A DNA stretch of 63,987 bases, filler included, from Octopus bimaculoides (Eukaryota), in assembly GCF_001194135.2 (NCBI RefSeq). It is 6 parts of 5 records of this genome, joined end to end, with 100 filler letters (N's around TTAATTAATTAA, not from the genome) between each part and the next. Parts side by side here need not be neighbours in the genome. Positions count along the whole stretch, not along the records: positions 1 to 25,002 come from NC_068982.1; 5 more parts are not named here. One strand, given 5' to 3'. The position numbers and the translations under genes were made by a program. A model generated the notes under the pieces. The model searched no databases and was not told where the DNA came from. It saw nothing but the letters and a program-made list of their open reading frames with translations. Of this stretch, positions 1-11,831 are shown one piece after another (position 1 is the first letter of the stretch; every line of letters begins with the position of its first letter).

Positions 1-200
1 GTGCATCCTATATTCTGTCATTATTTTTCTTGTTTTCCTGTCTATTTTACATAGTTCGTTTAGTGTCCAGTTAAGGATGTTGTAGCTGTAGCTTATAACT
101 GGGACAGCTAAAGTGTTGATACCCATTATCTTGTTTTTAGCATTGAGCTCTGTTTTTAGTATTGATCTAACTCGTCTATAGTACTCTTTCTTTATTTTTT

Positions 201-202
201 TA

Positions 203-259
<57 letters not shown>

Positions 260-362
260 CCTATCGGGGTTGATAAAATAAGCACCAGTTGTATCCTGTT
301 ATCGGTGTAATCGATTATCCTCCATCCACCAAATTTCAGGCCTTGTGCCTATATTAGAAAGG

Positions 363-413
<51 letters not shown>

Positions 414-525
414 GCTACCACTGCTGCTGCTGCTACTACTACTACTACTACTACTACTGCTGCTGCTACTACTGCGGCTAATACTGCTGCTGCTAATACT
501 GCTACTAGTAGTAGTAGTAGTAGTT
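201..525 (+). repeat. Compound trinucleotide arrays (TTA)n ... (ACT)n(GCT)n(AGT)n flanking a SINE-A 3' fragment (261-362)
   Basis: Read directly. The SINE segment ggggttgataaaataagcacc...ggccttgtgcctatattagaaagg runs straight into actactact. Confidence 0.9.
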
Positions 526-1232
526 ACTTGTCTCTTTCTCATCCTCTTCTACCTCGGCATTTTCCTTCTTTCCATGATTATCTTTACCATCTCCATCGAA
601 ATTCTCATCACTGTCTTTCAGTTTCCTTACAGCAACCCCCCACACCCGCCCTAACTATCTGACTATTTGTTTATTCGGCTTGTTAGACATGGTGGCAGCA
701 CCCAGCCTGATTACGCAGAAGATCTATGTAAAGGTATGTAGATGTCATTGACTTGGATGTCTAGTTAGGTAATCGTAGTTTGTTGTATAGCGAAGAGATT
801 AGTTTTCTCCATTAACTATAATCTTTTCTGCTTGGTGTAACGGATGGATAGTTTTTGATGGTTGGGTAACTGATTTGAAGAACTCATTAAACGGCTGGTT
901 AGATGTGCATTTAATGTGTACGTTGTAAACTTCTGTAGACTTCGATCGAGAAGTTAGACGCTTTTTGGGTAGATATTTAGTCTAGCGTATTATGAGCTCA
1001 AATCCTGTTATACTAAGTTTTGACAATCTTCTGTCGTGATTCTTCTAAAATGCCTTGCTTAATTACTTTCAAATCACGTACGTGGGGCCATCTCAGTTTC
1101 TGTAATGCTAAAACTTTAATTTGAATGAATTTGTATTTAAAGGATAACATCTCATCATCAATTTGCACCAGAATATTTTCTTGCGTCACATTCTATTCCA
1201 AAGCTAATTTTAATATTGAAAATGTTAATTTA

Positions 1233-1425
1233 GCACACCGGGTGAAAAGCTTAGCGGTATTTCGTCTGTCTTTACGTTCTGAGTTCAAATTCCGGCGAGG
1301 TCGACTTTGCCGTTCATCCTTTCTGGGTCGATAGAATAAGTACCAGTTGCGCACTGCGGTCGATCTAATCGACTGGCCCCCTCACCCCAAGACATTTCGG
1401 GCCTTGTGCTTAGAGTAGGAAATAA
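1233..1425 (+). mobile_element. tRNA-derived SINE family A (tail type 1)
   Basis: B-box-like GTTCTGAGTTCAAATTCC, central gaggtcgactttgcc..ttcatcctttc.gggtcgata..taagtaccag, 3' ggccttgtgcttagagtag. More than 25 similar copies in the window. Confidence 0.85.
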
Positions 1426-1497
1426 TATTGAAGATGTTAATGATTTTACCAAATCTCTCCAATTTATCGATCATTTACCAACTTATTCCATTTTACA

Positions 1498-1650
1498 CCT
1501 TCTACTTGTTTCAGTCATTTAACTTCAGCCATGCTGGAGCACCGCTTTTAGTCAAACAAATCGACCTCAGTCAAACAAATCGACTTCTTTAATACGCCTA
1601 GTACTTATTGTATCGGGGTCTTTTGCCGAGTCGCTAGGNNNNNNNNNNTA

Positions 1651-1703
<53 letters not shown>

Positions 1704-1866
1704 GACGGGCTTCTTTCAATTTCCGTCTACTAAATCCACTCACAAGGCTTTGGCCAGCCCGAGGGCATAATAGAAGCCATTTGCCCAAAATGCCATGCAG
1801 TGAATCTGAACCCGGAACCATGTGGTTGAGAAGCAAGCTTCTTAGCACACAACCACTCCTGCGTCT
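1498..1866 (-). mobile_element. tRNA-derived SINE family B (CORE-like body, internal microsatellite)
   Basis: Matches copies at 15919-16336, 25443-25885 and 63752-63987. Internal (TA)n beside a short gap. Confidence 0.85.
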
Positions 1867-2635
1867 CATTCATTTTGATCAATTATTTATTTTATACAAA
1901 ATATTGACTGAATGGGTTAAACAATTTTATCCAATGTATTTCACAATGCATATCATTGTTGCCACAAAACGTAGTTATTAGAGCTTTAGGTTTGGCCATT
2001 TTTATTAGAAAATCAAGAAACCACGAAGAGGCACCACAAAAGCGATCTGTCATCACTTTCTCTCCCCACTCCCCACTTGTCTCGTAAAAAGGATCGTTAT
2101 CTGAAGGGTCAAATGTGTATTTTTATTCGCTGTCATTTTAATGCTGTTCCTGTTTTTTTTCTTTGCAGTTTGTTAACTATTTTTGTTTTTATGATTTACT
2201 TTAGGCGAAGGAGCTATATTCATGGCTTTCATAGGTTCCATCTGACAGGTGTGTGTGTGTGTGTGTATGTGTGTGTGTGTAATCATTAATGGTGGCAGAA
2301 ACAGTATTCGCTGAAAATAGCAATTTGTGTTACATACTTTAAGCATATGCACCGTTGAAATTCCCAATAAACTGCGATATTCATCTTGAGAAAGCATCTC
2401 TTAGAGCCGTATGGTGTCATCACCACCGCTTGACCATTTTCGCCAGCTACTCGTATATCTCTGTGACTTTTAGCACTACGGGTTTATAAGAGATGCTTTC
2501 TTGAGACAAACACCGCACATACATACATACATACATACATACATACATACATACATACATACATACATACTAATGCATCTGCTGCTTTTTGTTCATACTC
2601 CTGTCTTCGTCTCTTGTTTTTCTCTAAATTTCAGC

Positions 2636-2668
<33 letters not shown>

Positions 2669-2822
2669 TTGTGTGCGTGTGTATTCGCATGCAAATTATG
2701 CAATAGAAGCAGCACTATAGTAAAACCTTTATCAATATAACATATTTAATGTATGCGTTGTTGAGAACCTCAGCGGCTGGATTTTCAACGACACACATAC
2801 GTTATGTAAGTTATATGTGTGT

Positions 2823-2919
<97 letters not shown>

Positions 2920-2925
2920 TGTGTG

Positions 2926-3289
2926 TGGAGGCGCAATAGCCCAATGTTTAGGGCAGCAGGCTCACGGTCGTAGGATCGCTGTTTCCATTCCCAGACCGGG
3001 CGCTGTGAGTGTTTATTGAGCGAAAACACCTCCACGAGGCTCCAGCAGGGGATGGTGGCGAACCCTTCTGTACTCTTTCACCACAACTTTCTCTCACTTT
3101 TTCTTCCTGTTTCTGTTGTACCTGTATTTTGAAAGGTCAGCCTTGTCACATTCTGTGTCTCCCCGAGAACTACGTTATGGGTGCACGTGTCTGTGGGGTG
3201 CTCAGCCACTTGCATGTTAATTTCACGAGCAGGCTGTTCCGTTGATCGGATCAACTGGAACCCTCGTCGTCGTAACCGACGGAGTACCA
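2926..3289 (+). mobile_element. tRNA-derived SINE family C, full length
   Basis: A-box-like GGCGCAATAGCCCAATG, B-box-like GTTTCCATTCCC, 3' end gtcgtaaccgacggagtacca. Highly similar to 27527-27909 and 40381-40655. Confidence 0.88.
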
Positions 3290-3337
3290 CGACGCACAAA
3301 GACGATAACAGTTGTCATTCTGTTCATCATTAAGGAG

Positions 3338-4050
3338 ACAAGCTGGCAGAATCATAAACTCACCGGACAAAAATCTTAGTAGCTTTTTGTCCGTGTTTAC
3401 GTTCTGAGTTCAAATTCAGCCGAGAGCAACTTTGCATTCCATCATTTCAGGGTTGATAAAATAAGACCATCTGAGAAATGGAGTTGATACCTGCCCACCA
3501 AACACTTCAGGCTCTATTAGAAAAGATTCTTATCCTCATCATTTTTCTGATGATAATGATGAATAGCGTAATTTTCATTGTGTCTACCAATATCGTCGCC
3601 ATAAGCATGTAATAAATATCTTCCCCTCTTCATCATCATTTATTTCTTTATTGCCCACAGGGGGCTTACATAGAGGGGACAAACAAGGACAGATAAAGCG
3701 ATTGCATCAACCCCAGTGCGTAACTGGTACTTATATATTCGAACCCGAAAGGATGAATGGCAAAGTCGACCTCGGCAGAATTTGAACTCAGAACGTAACG
3801 GCAGACGAAATACCGCTAAACATTTCTCCCGACATGCTAACGATTCTGCCAGCTCGCCGCCCAGCAATTATTAAATTATTTATTTCTTTATTGCCTGCAG
3901 GGGGCTAAACATAGAGGGGACAAACAAGGACAGACAAAGGGATTAAGTCGATTAAGTCGATTACATCGACCCCAGTGCGTAACTGGTACTTATTTAATCG
4001 ATCCCAAAAGGATGAAAGGCGAAGTCGACCTCGGTGGAATTTGAACTCGT
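3338..4050. mobile_element. Three SINE-A copies: 3338-3528 (+), 3639-3862 (-), 3886-4050 (-)
   Basis: Family A body. The two minus copies carry the alternative tail (gtccttgtttgtcccctctatg...gggcaataaagaaataa). Confidence 0.8.
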
Positions 4051-4758
4051 CATTCCAATAATGTGCGCTCGTTTTCCACCTAATAAGAGAGAATTGGAGC
4101 TCCGATATATAGGATAGAATGGATAATTTATTTACGCGTCTGTCGTTCTCTGAGTCCCTGCTACGTAGAATCAGCAAATATATTATTTATTCTTTCGTAG
4201 ATTTTGAGAGCACGAATTTCGCTTTACCAGTTGACAATATTATTACAGGTCATGGGTAAGCCTAAAGTAGGGTGAAATGCATCTGTCTGTCACTGAGCTA
4301 GTGTTGCGATGATGTTTGCCTAGCTCAATTATATATATTGTGTTTGTTGCATAATGTCTCTGAAGCGGTTTTTCTCTCAGACAAGGAAATAAAACCTTCA
4401 CGGTACGAAGCCTCTCAACTGCGTATATATATTCAGTATGAAAAATTTACATATTAGTGTTATACCGCTAAACTTAGTGGGTATTTAAGCAATACGTTCA
4501 TGGATAGTTGATGGGTTGGATATGATGCCGATGAAAGAGCAATAACACATGAAATATGCATATACACTTAACTATTTTGTCTGGTTTCGATTGAATCGTT
4601 TACGTGAACGTGTTTGTACACGAAGCATCGAAACTTTCAGTGTTGGCTCTGAATCCTATAGAAAATCTGGAGACATTCAGTATGATATATATATATATAT
4701 ATGTATGTATTATACATATACACACACATACGTAAATATATACATACATACATACATG

Positions 4759-4829
<71 letters not shown>

Positions 4830-6639
4830 TTATACTACATACACACATGCCTAAATATATATATACATACGTACATACATACATATGTGTGTTTGTGTGT
4901 GTGTGTGTGTGATAGAATTTACCATTTTCGAATGACAAATTCTATGATATTTCTTTATAATTATGCTACACTGTTTTTATTTTGTTTTTGCTTTATTCTT
5001 TGGTGCGTGCATGTGTTGGATGGGGCGCTTTTAGAAGTGACTGTTCAAGCTTAAAGTGAACACATTTTATTTTATCTTTCTGCCATTATACATGTGTTTT
5101 CCGATGACTTTTGGCGTGAAACATTGCTGTATTCCACCAACAATTTTAACTGCAGCAGATTTCGTGACGTTTTCTTTTTCTTATAATACATGTGTACCGC
5201 ACAAAACATTGCAAACTGCATCTTTGTTTTGATTTAAGCATATATTAGGTACTATTAACTAAGCTATTCTTGACCTACTTGCTTTTAATGAGCACTCAAT
5301 CTTCTCTCATCTAGCATTGACCCTTTATAATCTGCCTAACTGGAAAATTTGTGCCTATTTACAAAGTTGGAAGTATATCAAAAACAGCTGCAGCTTACTT
5401 TTATGTTGTTGCTGTTAACCAATTGGAGATCTTCTGGCCGCTTCAAAAGTGTTTATATATTGTTGGGCGTATAATCTAATTTTTTACTGGAAATGTGTTT
5501 GTTTATAATAGAACACTGTCAACGTTGAAAATTGTTTCATCTGATAATAGTATGTTCATTTAATTTTTCATTAAGACATTATTTGAGATATTTTGTTGAT
5601 GATTTTCTGAGCGAGTAGTGTGATTCCACAGTTAGTTTGATCTTAACATCAAAGAGACTTCCAGAAGTCATGTTTACCCTGGTTAACAGGCTAATTTTGA
5701 TGAATATTAATAAAGTGTTAATAAAGATAGTTTCACATTTGAAGTCATTATCGTTTATCTGAAATTCCAAAATTTGAAAAATCTTCAAAACACGAATTGT
5801 TTTCAAATAAGAGAAATGCCCCAAATCAAAAACTCCAGAAATCGCACGGACGGGGGGGGGGGGGGTCATCGACATTTATATGGCCTCTTGAACGGCATGC
5901 TGGCAGCAGTGAATAGAGGCTGAATGTGGAAGGTTCCCAAAAGCCATTTTCTGTGAAATATGTCACACATGCTGTTGCTAATGTACAGTGTCATTTAACT
6001 GAAACCACTTTTGCACATGCTTGGCACCATCGCTGGCTTGCAATTATGATCAGTGTCGATGATAAAGAAAGTGATTAGTTCTAAGAATTCTGCGTGTTAA
6101 GTGAGAAAATGATGATGCCAAACATGCAGGAAATGGATATTGATGAAAGTTTTAACTCTCAGCTGTTCATTTCATGAGCGATGATGAAATAGATTAAAAG
6201 GTTCTCAATCAAGGAGGTTCTAATGACGACAATTACAACGAAGATGATACTGCAGAAAAGATACCGAGATATATCAAGGTGAAAATATATGATAGAATTA
6301 CAGAATCACACATGTATATATATANNNNNNNNNNNNNNNNNNNNNNNNNNNNNNNNNNNNNNNNNNNNNNNNNNNNNNNNNNNNNNNNNNNNNNNNNNNN
6401 NNNNNNNNNNNNNNNNNNNNNNNNNNNNNNNNNNNNNNNNNNNNNNNNNNNNNNNNNNNNNNNNNNNNNNNNNNNNNNNNNNNNNNNNNNNNNNNNNNNN
6501 NNNNNNNNNNNNNNNNNNNNNNNNNNNNNNNNNNNNNNNNNNNNNNNNNNNNNNNNNNNNNNNNNNNNNNNNNNNNNNNNNNNNNNTAGAACTTGACGTT
6601 CTCCATGGAGCATCAGGTGACGAATATATATATATTTTT

Positions 6640-7305
6640 TTTTTTACTCTAGACACAAGGCCCGAAAATTTGGGGGAAGGGGTCAGATTAGATCGACCCC
6701 AGTACGCAACTGGTACTTAATTTTTCGACCCCGAAAGGATGAAAGGTAAAGTCGACCTTGGCGGAATTTGAACTCAGAACGTAAAAACAGACGAAATACC
6801 GCTCAGCATAATGTTTCTGTCAGCTTGCTGCCTTAGGATTAGAAAATATTTTTTTATAGCCCACAGGGTCTAGAAATAGCGGGGATAAGCAAGGACAAAG
6901 AGATTAATTAAGTCGATTACATTGACCGCAGTACGCAACTGGTACTTAATTTATCGACCCCGTAAGGAAGAAAGGTAAAGTTGACCTTGGCAGAATTTGA
7001 ACTCAGAACGTAAAGACAGACGAAATACCGCTCAGCATAGCGTTTCTACCAGCTGGCCGCGTTGCATGTGGTGACAAATATTCTTTTCTACTCTAGGCAC
7101 AAGGCCCAAACGTTTTGGAGAGGTGGGGGGGGTGGGGGCAGTCGATTAGATCGACCTCAGTACACAACTGGTACTTAATTTATCGACTCCGAAAGGATGA
7201 CTGGCAAAGTCGACCTCGCTGGAATTTGAACTCAGAACGTAAAGATAGACGAAATACCGCTAAGCATTTCCCCCGGCGTGCTAACTTCTCTGTCAGCTCC
7301 TCACC
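6640..7305 (-). mobile_element. Head-to-tail train of three SINE-A copies
   Basis: ggaatttgaactcagaacgtaaagacagacgaaataccgct recurs three times at about 220-bp spacing. Confidence 0.85.
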
Positions 7306-7394
7306 ACCTTTCATCAGGTGGAAAATATTTCAATATATTGTACGCTCTCTTCTGCTTTTAATTATTTGAATTCTTCGTCTGAAGAAGGAACTGG

Positions 7395-7926
7395 GGATCT
7401 TTTTTAAAACGGGGGCCACATTTTTCATTAATGTTTTACGTAGTGTTTTTGGTACCGAAAGACTTTCAAACTTCGTATACTTATCTATTTTGTGTTATAG
7501 AACAGAAAAATATTTTTGTATTCGAATTTATTTCATGTAAAAAATTGTCTTATTTCGATAATTTCAACCNNNNNNNNNNTAAATTTGCTTTTTTCATTTT
7601 CTTTTTTTTTTCTTCGTTTTATTTGCTTTTTTCTTTTTAAATTTGCTGTTTTACTCTAACCCTAACCCTAACCCTATCACCGATAGAATTGTTTCAGAAT
7701 CGTTTGTTTATGTAGTCGGCACTTAATGTATATCGGCTGAATGGACGTCAGTGATTGGTTGAAATTACAGAAATACGACAACTTTAACATGGAATAACTT
7801 AGGGATTTCTTTTTTTTTTAAGAAGACTAAGAGAAAAAGATGTTTTATATGACACATTCTACCAGTGTTCCAAGTTTCAAAGTGTTTCGTTAATGAAAAA
7901 TGTGGCCCCCGTTTTAAGAAAGATCC
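7395..7926. mobile_element. MITE with 39-bp TIRs and 8-bp TSD, probably Merlin superfamily
   Basis: TIRs at 7395-7433 and 7888-7926 match at 37/39 positions. TSD GGAACTGG at 7387-7394 and 7927-7934. GG termini plus an 8-bp TSD fit Merlin, but hAT or P are not excluded. Confidence 0.85.
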
Positions 7927-8284
7927 GGAACTGGTTACTAAACAAAGATAAGCTCCACATTTGGAATATAAATAACGAAAACAGTATCACATTTGAAACT
8001 TGCATATTATTACTGTTCCATTTAGAGATTGTATATGCATTGTGCGAGTCAGTTGGTTGACTTCTTTATCTGAAAATCCAGCCTTGCCCAGGCTGTCAAC
8101 TAGGCATTTACTCACAAAACCAAGCGCTTATTATTGCTATAAATGAGAATTTATAATCTAGATATAGAAGCTGGAGGTTTCGAGACTGTTGTACGTAGTT
8201 GTACACTTTCTCTATGATTTTTAAAGTGATATTCACATCGGTAGGACAGCTCCATGTATGCATGCAGGTGTGCATGTATGTCAT

Positions 8285-8350
8285 TATTCTATTTATTTCA
8301 AGATTTCTTGCCAATAGAGAAAGAACCGGTTTCTAACCTAGATCCAAGGC
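8285..8350 (+). repeat. Short dispersed repeat (possible LINE 3' UTR piece); second copy at about 42095-42150 (-)
   Basis: tttatttcaagatttcttgccaatagagaaaga.ccggtttctaacct shared by both copies. Both lie next to (TATG)n. Confidence 0.7.
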
Positions 8351-8911
8351 TGTATGTATGTATGTATGTATGTATGTACGTATGTATGTACATACGTATG
8401 TATGTACATACGTATGTACGTATGTATGTAAGTACGTACGTACGTACGTATGTACGTATGTATGTACGTATGTATGTATGTATGTGCGTATGTATGTATG
8501 TATGTATGTGTAAACTTATGTACGTATGTATGTATATATGTATGTACGTATGTATATATATCTATGTATGTATGTATGTATGTACGTATATGTATGTATG
8601 TACTTACAGATGTATATAGGTATGTATGTACGTACGTATGTATGTATGTACGCATGTATGAATGTACGTACGTACGTACGTATGTATGTATGTAAGTATG
8701 TTTGTGTGTATGTATGTCNNNNNNNNNNNNNNNNNNNNNNNNNNNNNNNNNNNNNNNNNNNNNNNNNNNNNNNNNNNNNNNNNNAACTTAGTAAACAATG
8801 AAATTGTATTTGGTCAGTTACAAATTATAAAGGGAGACGAAATGACATGCGTTAGTTTTTTATTTATACATATGAAGAAAAATAAATGAAGAGATATCCC
8901 AGATATTTGTG

Positions 8912-8949
<38 letters not shown>

Positions 8950-9200
8950 CGTGCATCTGTGTGTGCATGTGTGCGTGTGTGTGCATGCATGTTTGTTGTG
9001 CATGTTTGTTGTGCATGTGTGTGATGCATGTGCGTGTGTGTGCATGTGTGTGTTATGCATGTACCTACGTGTGTGGGTGCGCGCGCGTGTGGGCATGTGC
9101 GTGCCTCTGTGTGTGTATGTGTCTGTGTTTGCGTGTGTGTGCGTGCGTGGGTGTGTGTGTGGGCATGTGTGTGCCTCTATGTGTGTGTGTTTGTATGCAC
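8351..9200. repeat. Degenerate (TATG/TACG)n and (GT/GC)n microsatellites
   Basis: Read directly. They account for the MYVC- and HTHT-type spurious ORFs. Confidence 0.95.
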
Positions 9201-9268
9201 GTGGGCTTGTGTTTTCATTCGTATTTTCTTTATTTTTCCCCGAAACTCTCTGTCGGTCACAACTCCAG

Positions 9269-9306
9269 GCAGTAAACTCGCTATTTATTTATTCCGGTAA
9301 CAAAAG
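9269..9306 (+). other. Candidate 38-nt exon (AVNSLFIYSGNK in phase 0, or UTR)
   Basis: Pyrimidine-rich stretch plus ccag| acceptor and AAG|GTAAGA donor in unique sequence. No homology recognised. Confidence 0.25.
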
Positions 9307-9499
9307 GTAAGAATTGAAATCAGACCACACAGAACAGATATGCAGTTCCACCTCTCCAAAACTCTAGACTTGTTCTCCTTTGATTACCCTCATAATTATG
9401 AAAAATTGCAAAGACGGTGGTGGTATTTGAACTCACAGCTCAGAGTAGGAACCTCTTATCTGGCACGCTAGTAACGCTGCCAATTGTCACCATGCATGT

Positions 9500-10262
9500 T
9501 ATTTCTTCTTTGCAGATTGCTCTGCCTTGCATCTCTTCATATTCGCATTAACCTGACACAGCACGTTACCAGACTCTCATTGCCAACGTGAACAAAACTC
9601 ATTTCACTTGTCAAACCGAAGCAGGAATATTTAACTCAGAAACCAAACCCGGATCACTATATTCAATTTTAAGCTTGCTTCTATGTTGGAATTTCTTCTC
9701 TAATTCTTCAACCAATTCAGTTATGTGAATTAAGTCATTAATATACAGGAGCTTCCACAGACAGACTGTTTCAAATTCCTCTGTTATGGCTTGGAGAACT
9801 GTAACCAATAGGAAAGTGACGTTATATCTCAGTCACAATCCTTTTTCTAATTTGAAACGCTGGTCTCAGTGTTGAGTCTCCATGAGCTAGTTTTTCTTTC
9901 TTAAGCGTTCTTTTAATTCAACAACCTCTCATTATAGCAATTTCCATGCCATCTCAGCAGACAAGTGTGCTGCTGTCATTACATACACGCATTTCAGCCA
10001 CAATGTTCTCACTCATACAGGCATTGCTTTACAATCCGAGTCTCACAACTCTCTCAGAACATTGGCAAGCCTCTCACGTTTCTCTTCTCTCTTTGTTAAG
10101 TTTAGTCTCTCTGTTAGTTATCTTATATCACTCCTTCTTGTTCTTCTCCTTTTCGTGTTCTTTCCATGCTTGTTTCAAAGCTCTTATCACCATATCTGCC
10201 CTACTATTCCATCATCATGTCCCCTTCAATCTGTCTGAAATCTTACTTAATCCACTGATTAG
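9500..10262 (-). mobile_element. Decayed RTE-clade LINE ORF2 remnant
   Basis: Minus strand gives *WNSRADMVIRALKQAWKE, LANVLR and a degenerate ERLLN linker, then VLQAITEEFETVCLWKLLYINDL, a degenerate YADD RT motif in RTE context. Internal deletions and frameshifts. Confidence 0.75.
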
Positions 10263-10552
10263 TTTTGTGTATTGTGATCAATAGATAGTGTAAAATTCTA
10301 TGTTATAAATCGGGTATAGCTGATCATGTATGGAAAAATGGAGACCACCTCCCCCTATGGGATGAAGTTAAAATAAGACAGAGAACACCACTGGAAAATG
10401 CAAAAACTAAAAGAGGCAGCACATATGCTAGGACACAACAACCTCCTAAGCAGACCGAGTGCAGATATGAATAGCATATGGGAACCGGTATTAAGGAAGG
10501 ATAGAAAAATATTAGATTTATAAGCGCTAAAATTCACTCCGTAATTGCCCAC

Positions 10553-10655
10553 CGGCATATGGCGTAGTGATTAAGAGCACGGGCCACTAACCACAAGATT
10601 CCGAGTTCGATTCTAAGCAGTGACCTGAATAATAATAATAATAATAATAATAACA
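10553..10655 (+). mobile_element. tRNA-like head (Pol III A/B boxes) plus (AAT)n inside the Penelope 3' region
   Basis: A-box TGGCGTAGTGA at 10560-10570; B-box GAGTTCGATTC at 10603-10613. Confidence 0.65.
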
Positions 10656-10692
10656 ATAACATCGAAAGATACCTTAGGAATGAGAACCCCAA

Positions 10693-10738
10693 GACACCTG
10701 ATGAGGGCTGGAGGGTATATCAGCCGAAACGTGGTGTT
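10693..10738 (+). ncRNA. Minimal type I hammerhead ribozyme-like motif 1
   Basis: gacac-CTGATGA-G-ggctg[gagggtatat]cagcc-GAAA-CGT-G-gtgtt. Helices I and II pair and helix III is palindromic ACGT. The cleavage position is G, which breaks the NUH rule. Confidence 0.7.
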
Positions 10739-11000
10739 AACATCAAACAAGATGAGGACAAATATCCGTCAAAAGTAAATAATGTATATAAATCTATCTG
10801 TTCCCATTTCTTACTATACACTGCTATTCTTTGAAACTGTAACGAAAGGATCTTTTAGCTTTGGAACCTTTCTTCTCTAGATTGTTTTAGCATTTACTCT
10901 GATGTCATCGATCTCTCATCAGTTATATTCTGCCACACCACCTCTCACCGAAGAATGGTCCAGTTCAGTACATCCTAGTCATCTGACTATACTTTTTCCC

Positions 11001-11170
11001 ATGCAAATATGACGTCTGCATGTCACACGTGTTCAACTGCACGGTAGATGATCACGTGGCTCGCTGGTTTTCTGAAAACGGAGTTGTAAACGCTAAATTA
11101 TTTGCATCAGAGAACTTCAAGAATATGATCCCTTTTTATTCCGTTTACCACAAAAAGCCGCCTCTATAAA
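11001..11170. promoter_or_regulatory. Motif cluster: two octamers, two CACGTG E-boxes, CRE-like site, TATAAA
   Basis: ATGCAAAT 11001-11008, TGACGTCT 11010-11017, CACGTG 11026-11031 and 11053-11058, ATTTGCAT 11100-11107, TATAAA 11165-11170. Not part of a repeat recognised here. Confidence 0.35.
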
Positions 11171-11793
11171 CACACTCCACACACGCACAACACACATATT
11201 TACATGCACTCGTATAACTTTATTTTCATGCACAAAACACTCAAAAAGAAGCGACATAGATGCAAGGAAAACATTAAGAAAGGTAGATAAATAATGAAAC
11301 TGAGAAATACAAAGGATAAAAAGCAGAAGAGAATTGAGAGTAAGTATAACACAGGCCATTAATATTATCTGTACTTTTGTAAGGACTTAAAGAGCAGGAG
11401 CGAAATGAAGAAAAAGTAATATTCAAAGCCAACAAAAAAAAAAAAAAAATAATAATAATAATAATAAAAAGAGTGAAAGGGATAAATGCAAAAAATAAAA
11501 GAAAATAATAAGAAAATAATGAAACAAAGAATGAAAGACTAAATCAAGGAAAAATGGAAAAAGAAAACAAAAGGCAAACTAAGCGAATGAGATCGATGTA
11601 ATGAAAGAAAAAAGAATAGAATGAAATGAAAAAAAGATTCAATGAATGAAAAGCAAAGATGAAAAGAAACAAGGAACTTTAGAAAATAGGAAATATGAAA
11701 GAGAAAAGTGAATGAAGAGAAAAACGGCCGACAATCAATTTCATGGGACAAATGAAACGAGAAGAAATATTTTTGAATCTCGACTCGAAATAA

Positions 11794-11831
<38 letters not shown>

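Larger units (their letters stand above)
10305..10790 (+). mobile_element. Penelope-like element 3' end (GIY-YIG C-terminus plus pseudo-LTR)
   Basis: 10307-10523 reads KSGIADHVWKNGDHLPLWDEVKI/DREHHWKMQKLKEAAHMLGHNNLLSRPSADMNSIWEPVL* with one frameshift, typical of the PLE endonuclease tail. A hammerhead-like motif follows. Confidence 0.75.

Noticed and set aside
345-662. Poly-Thr/Ala and poly-Ser ORFs resembling mucin or antifreeze proteins
   Set aside because: Translation of a SINE-tail trinucleotide array, with no splice or domain context.
660-1130. Minus-strand semi-open frame (ELIIR*TKYLPKKRLTSR...)
   Set aside because: Possibly an old retroelement, but no diagnostic motif could be recognised.
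5060-6320. Possible piggyBac-like remnant (KRKR..C motifs, acidic stretch, G-run at 5846-5865)
   Set aside because: Motifs too degenerate, and no TTAA-flanked TIR pair was found. A profile search is needed.
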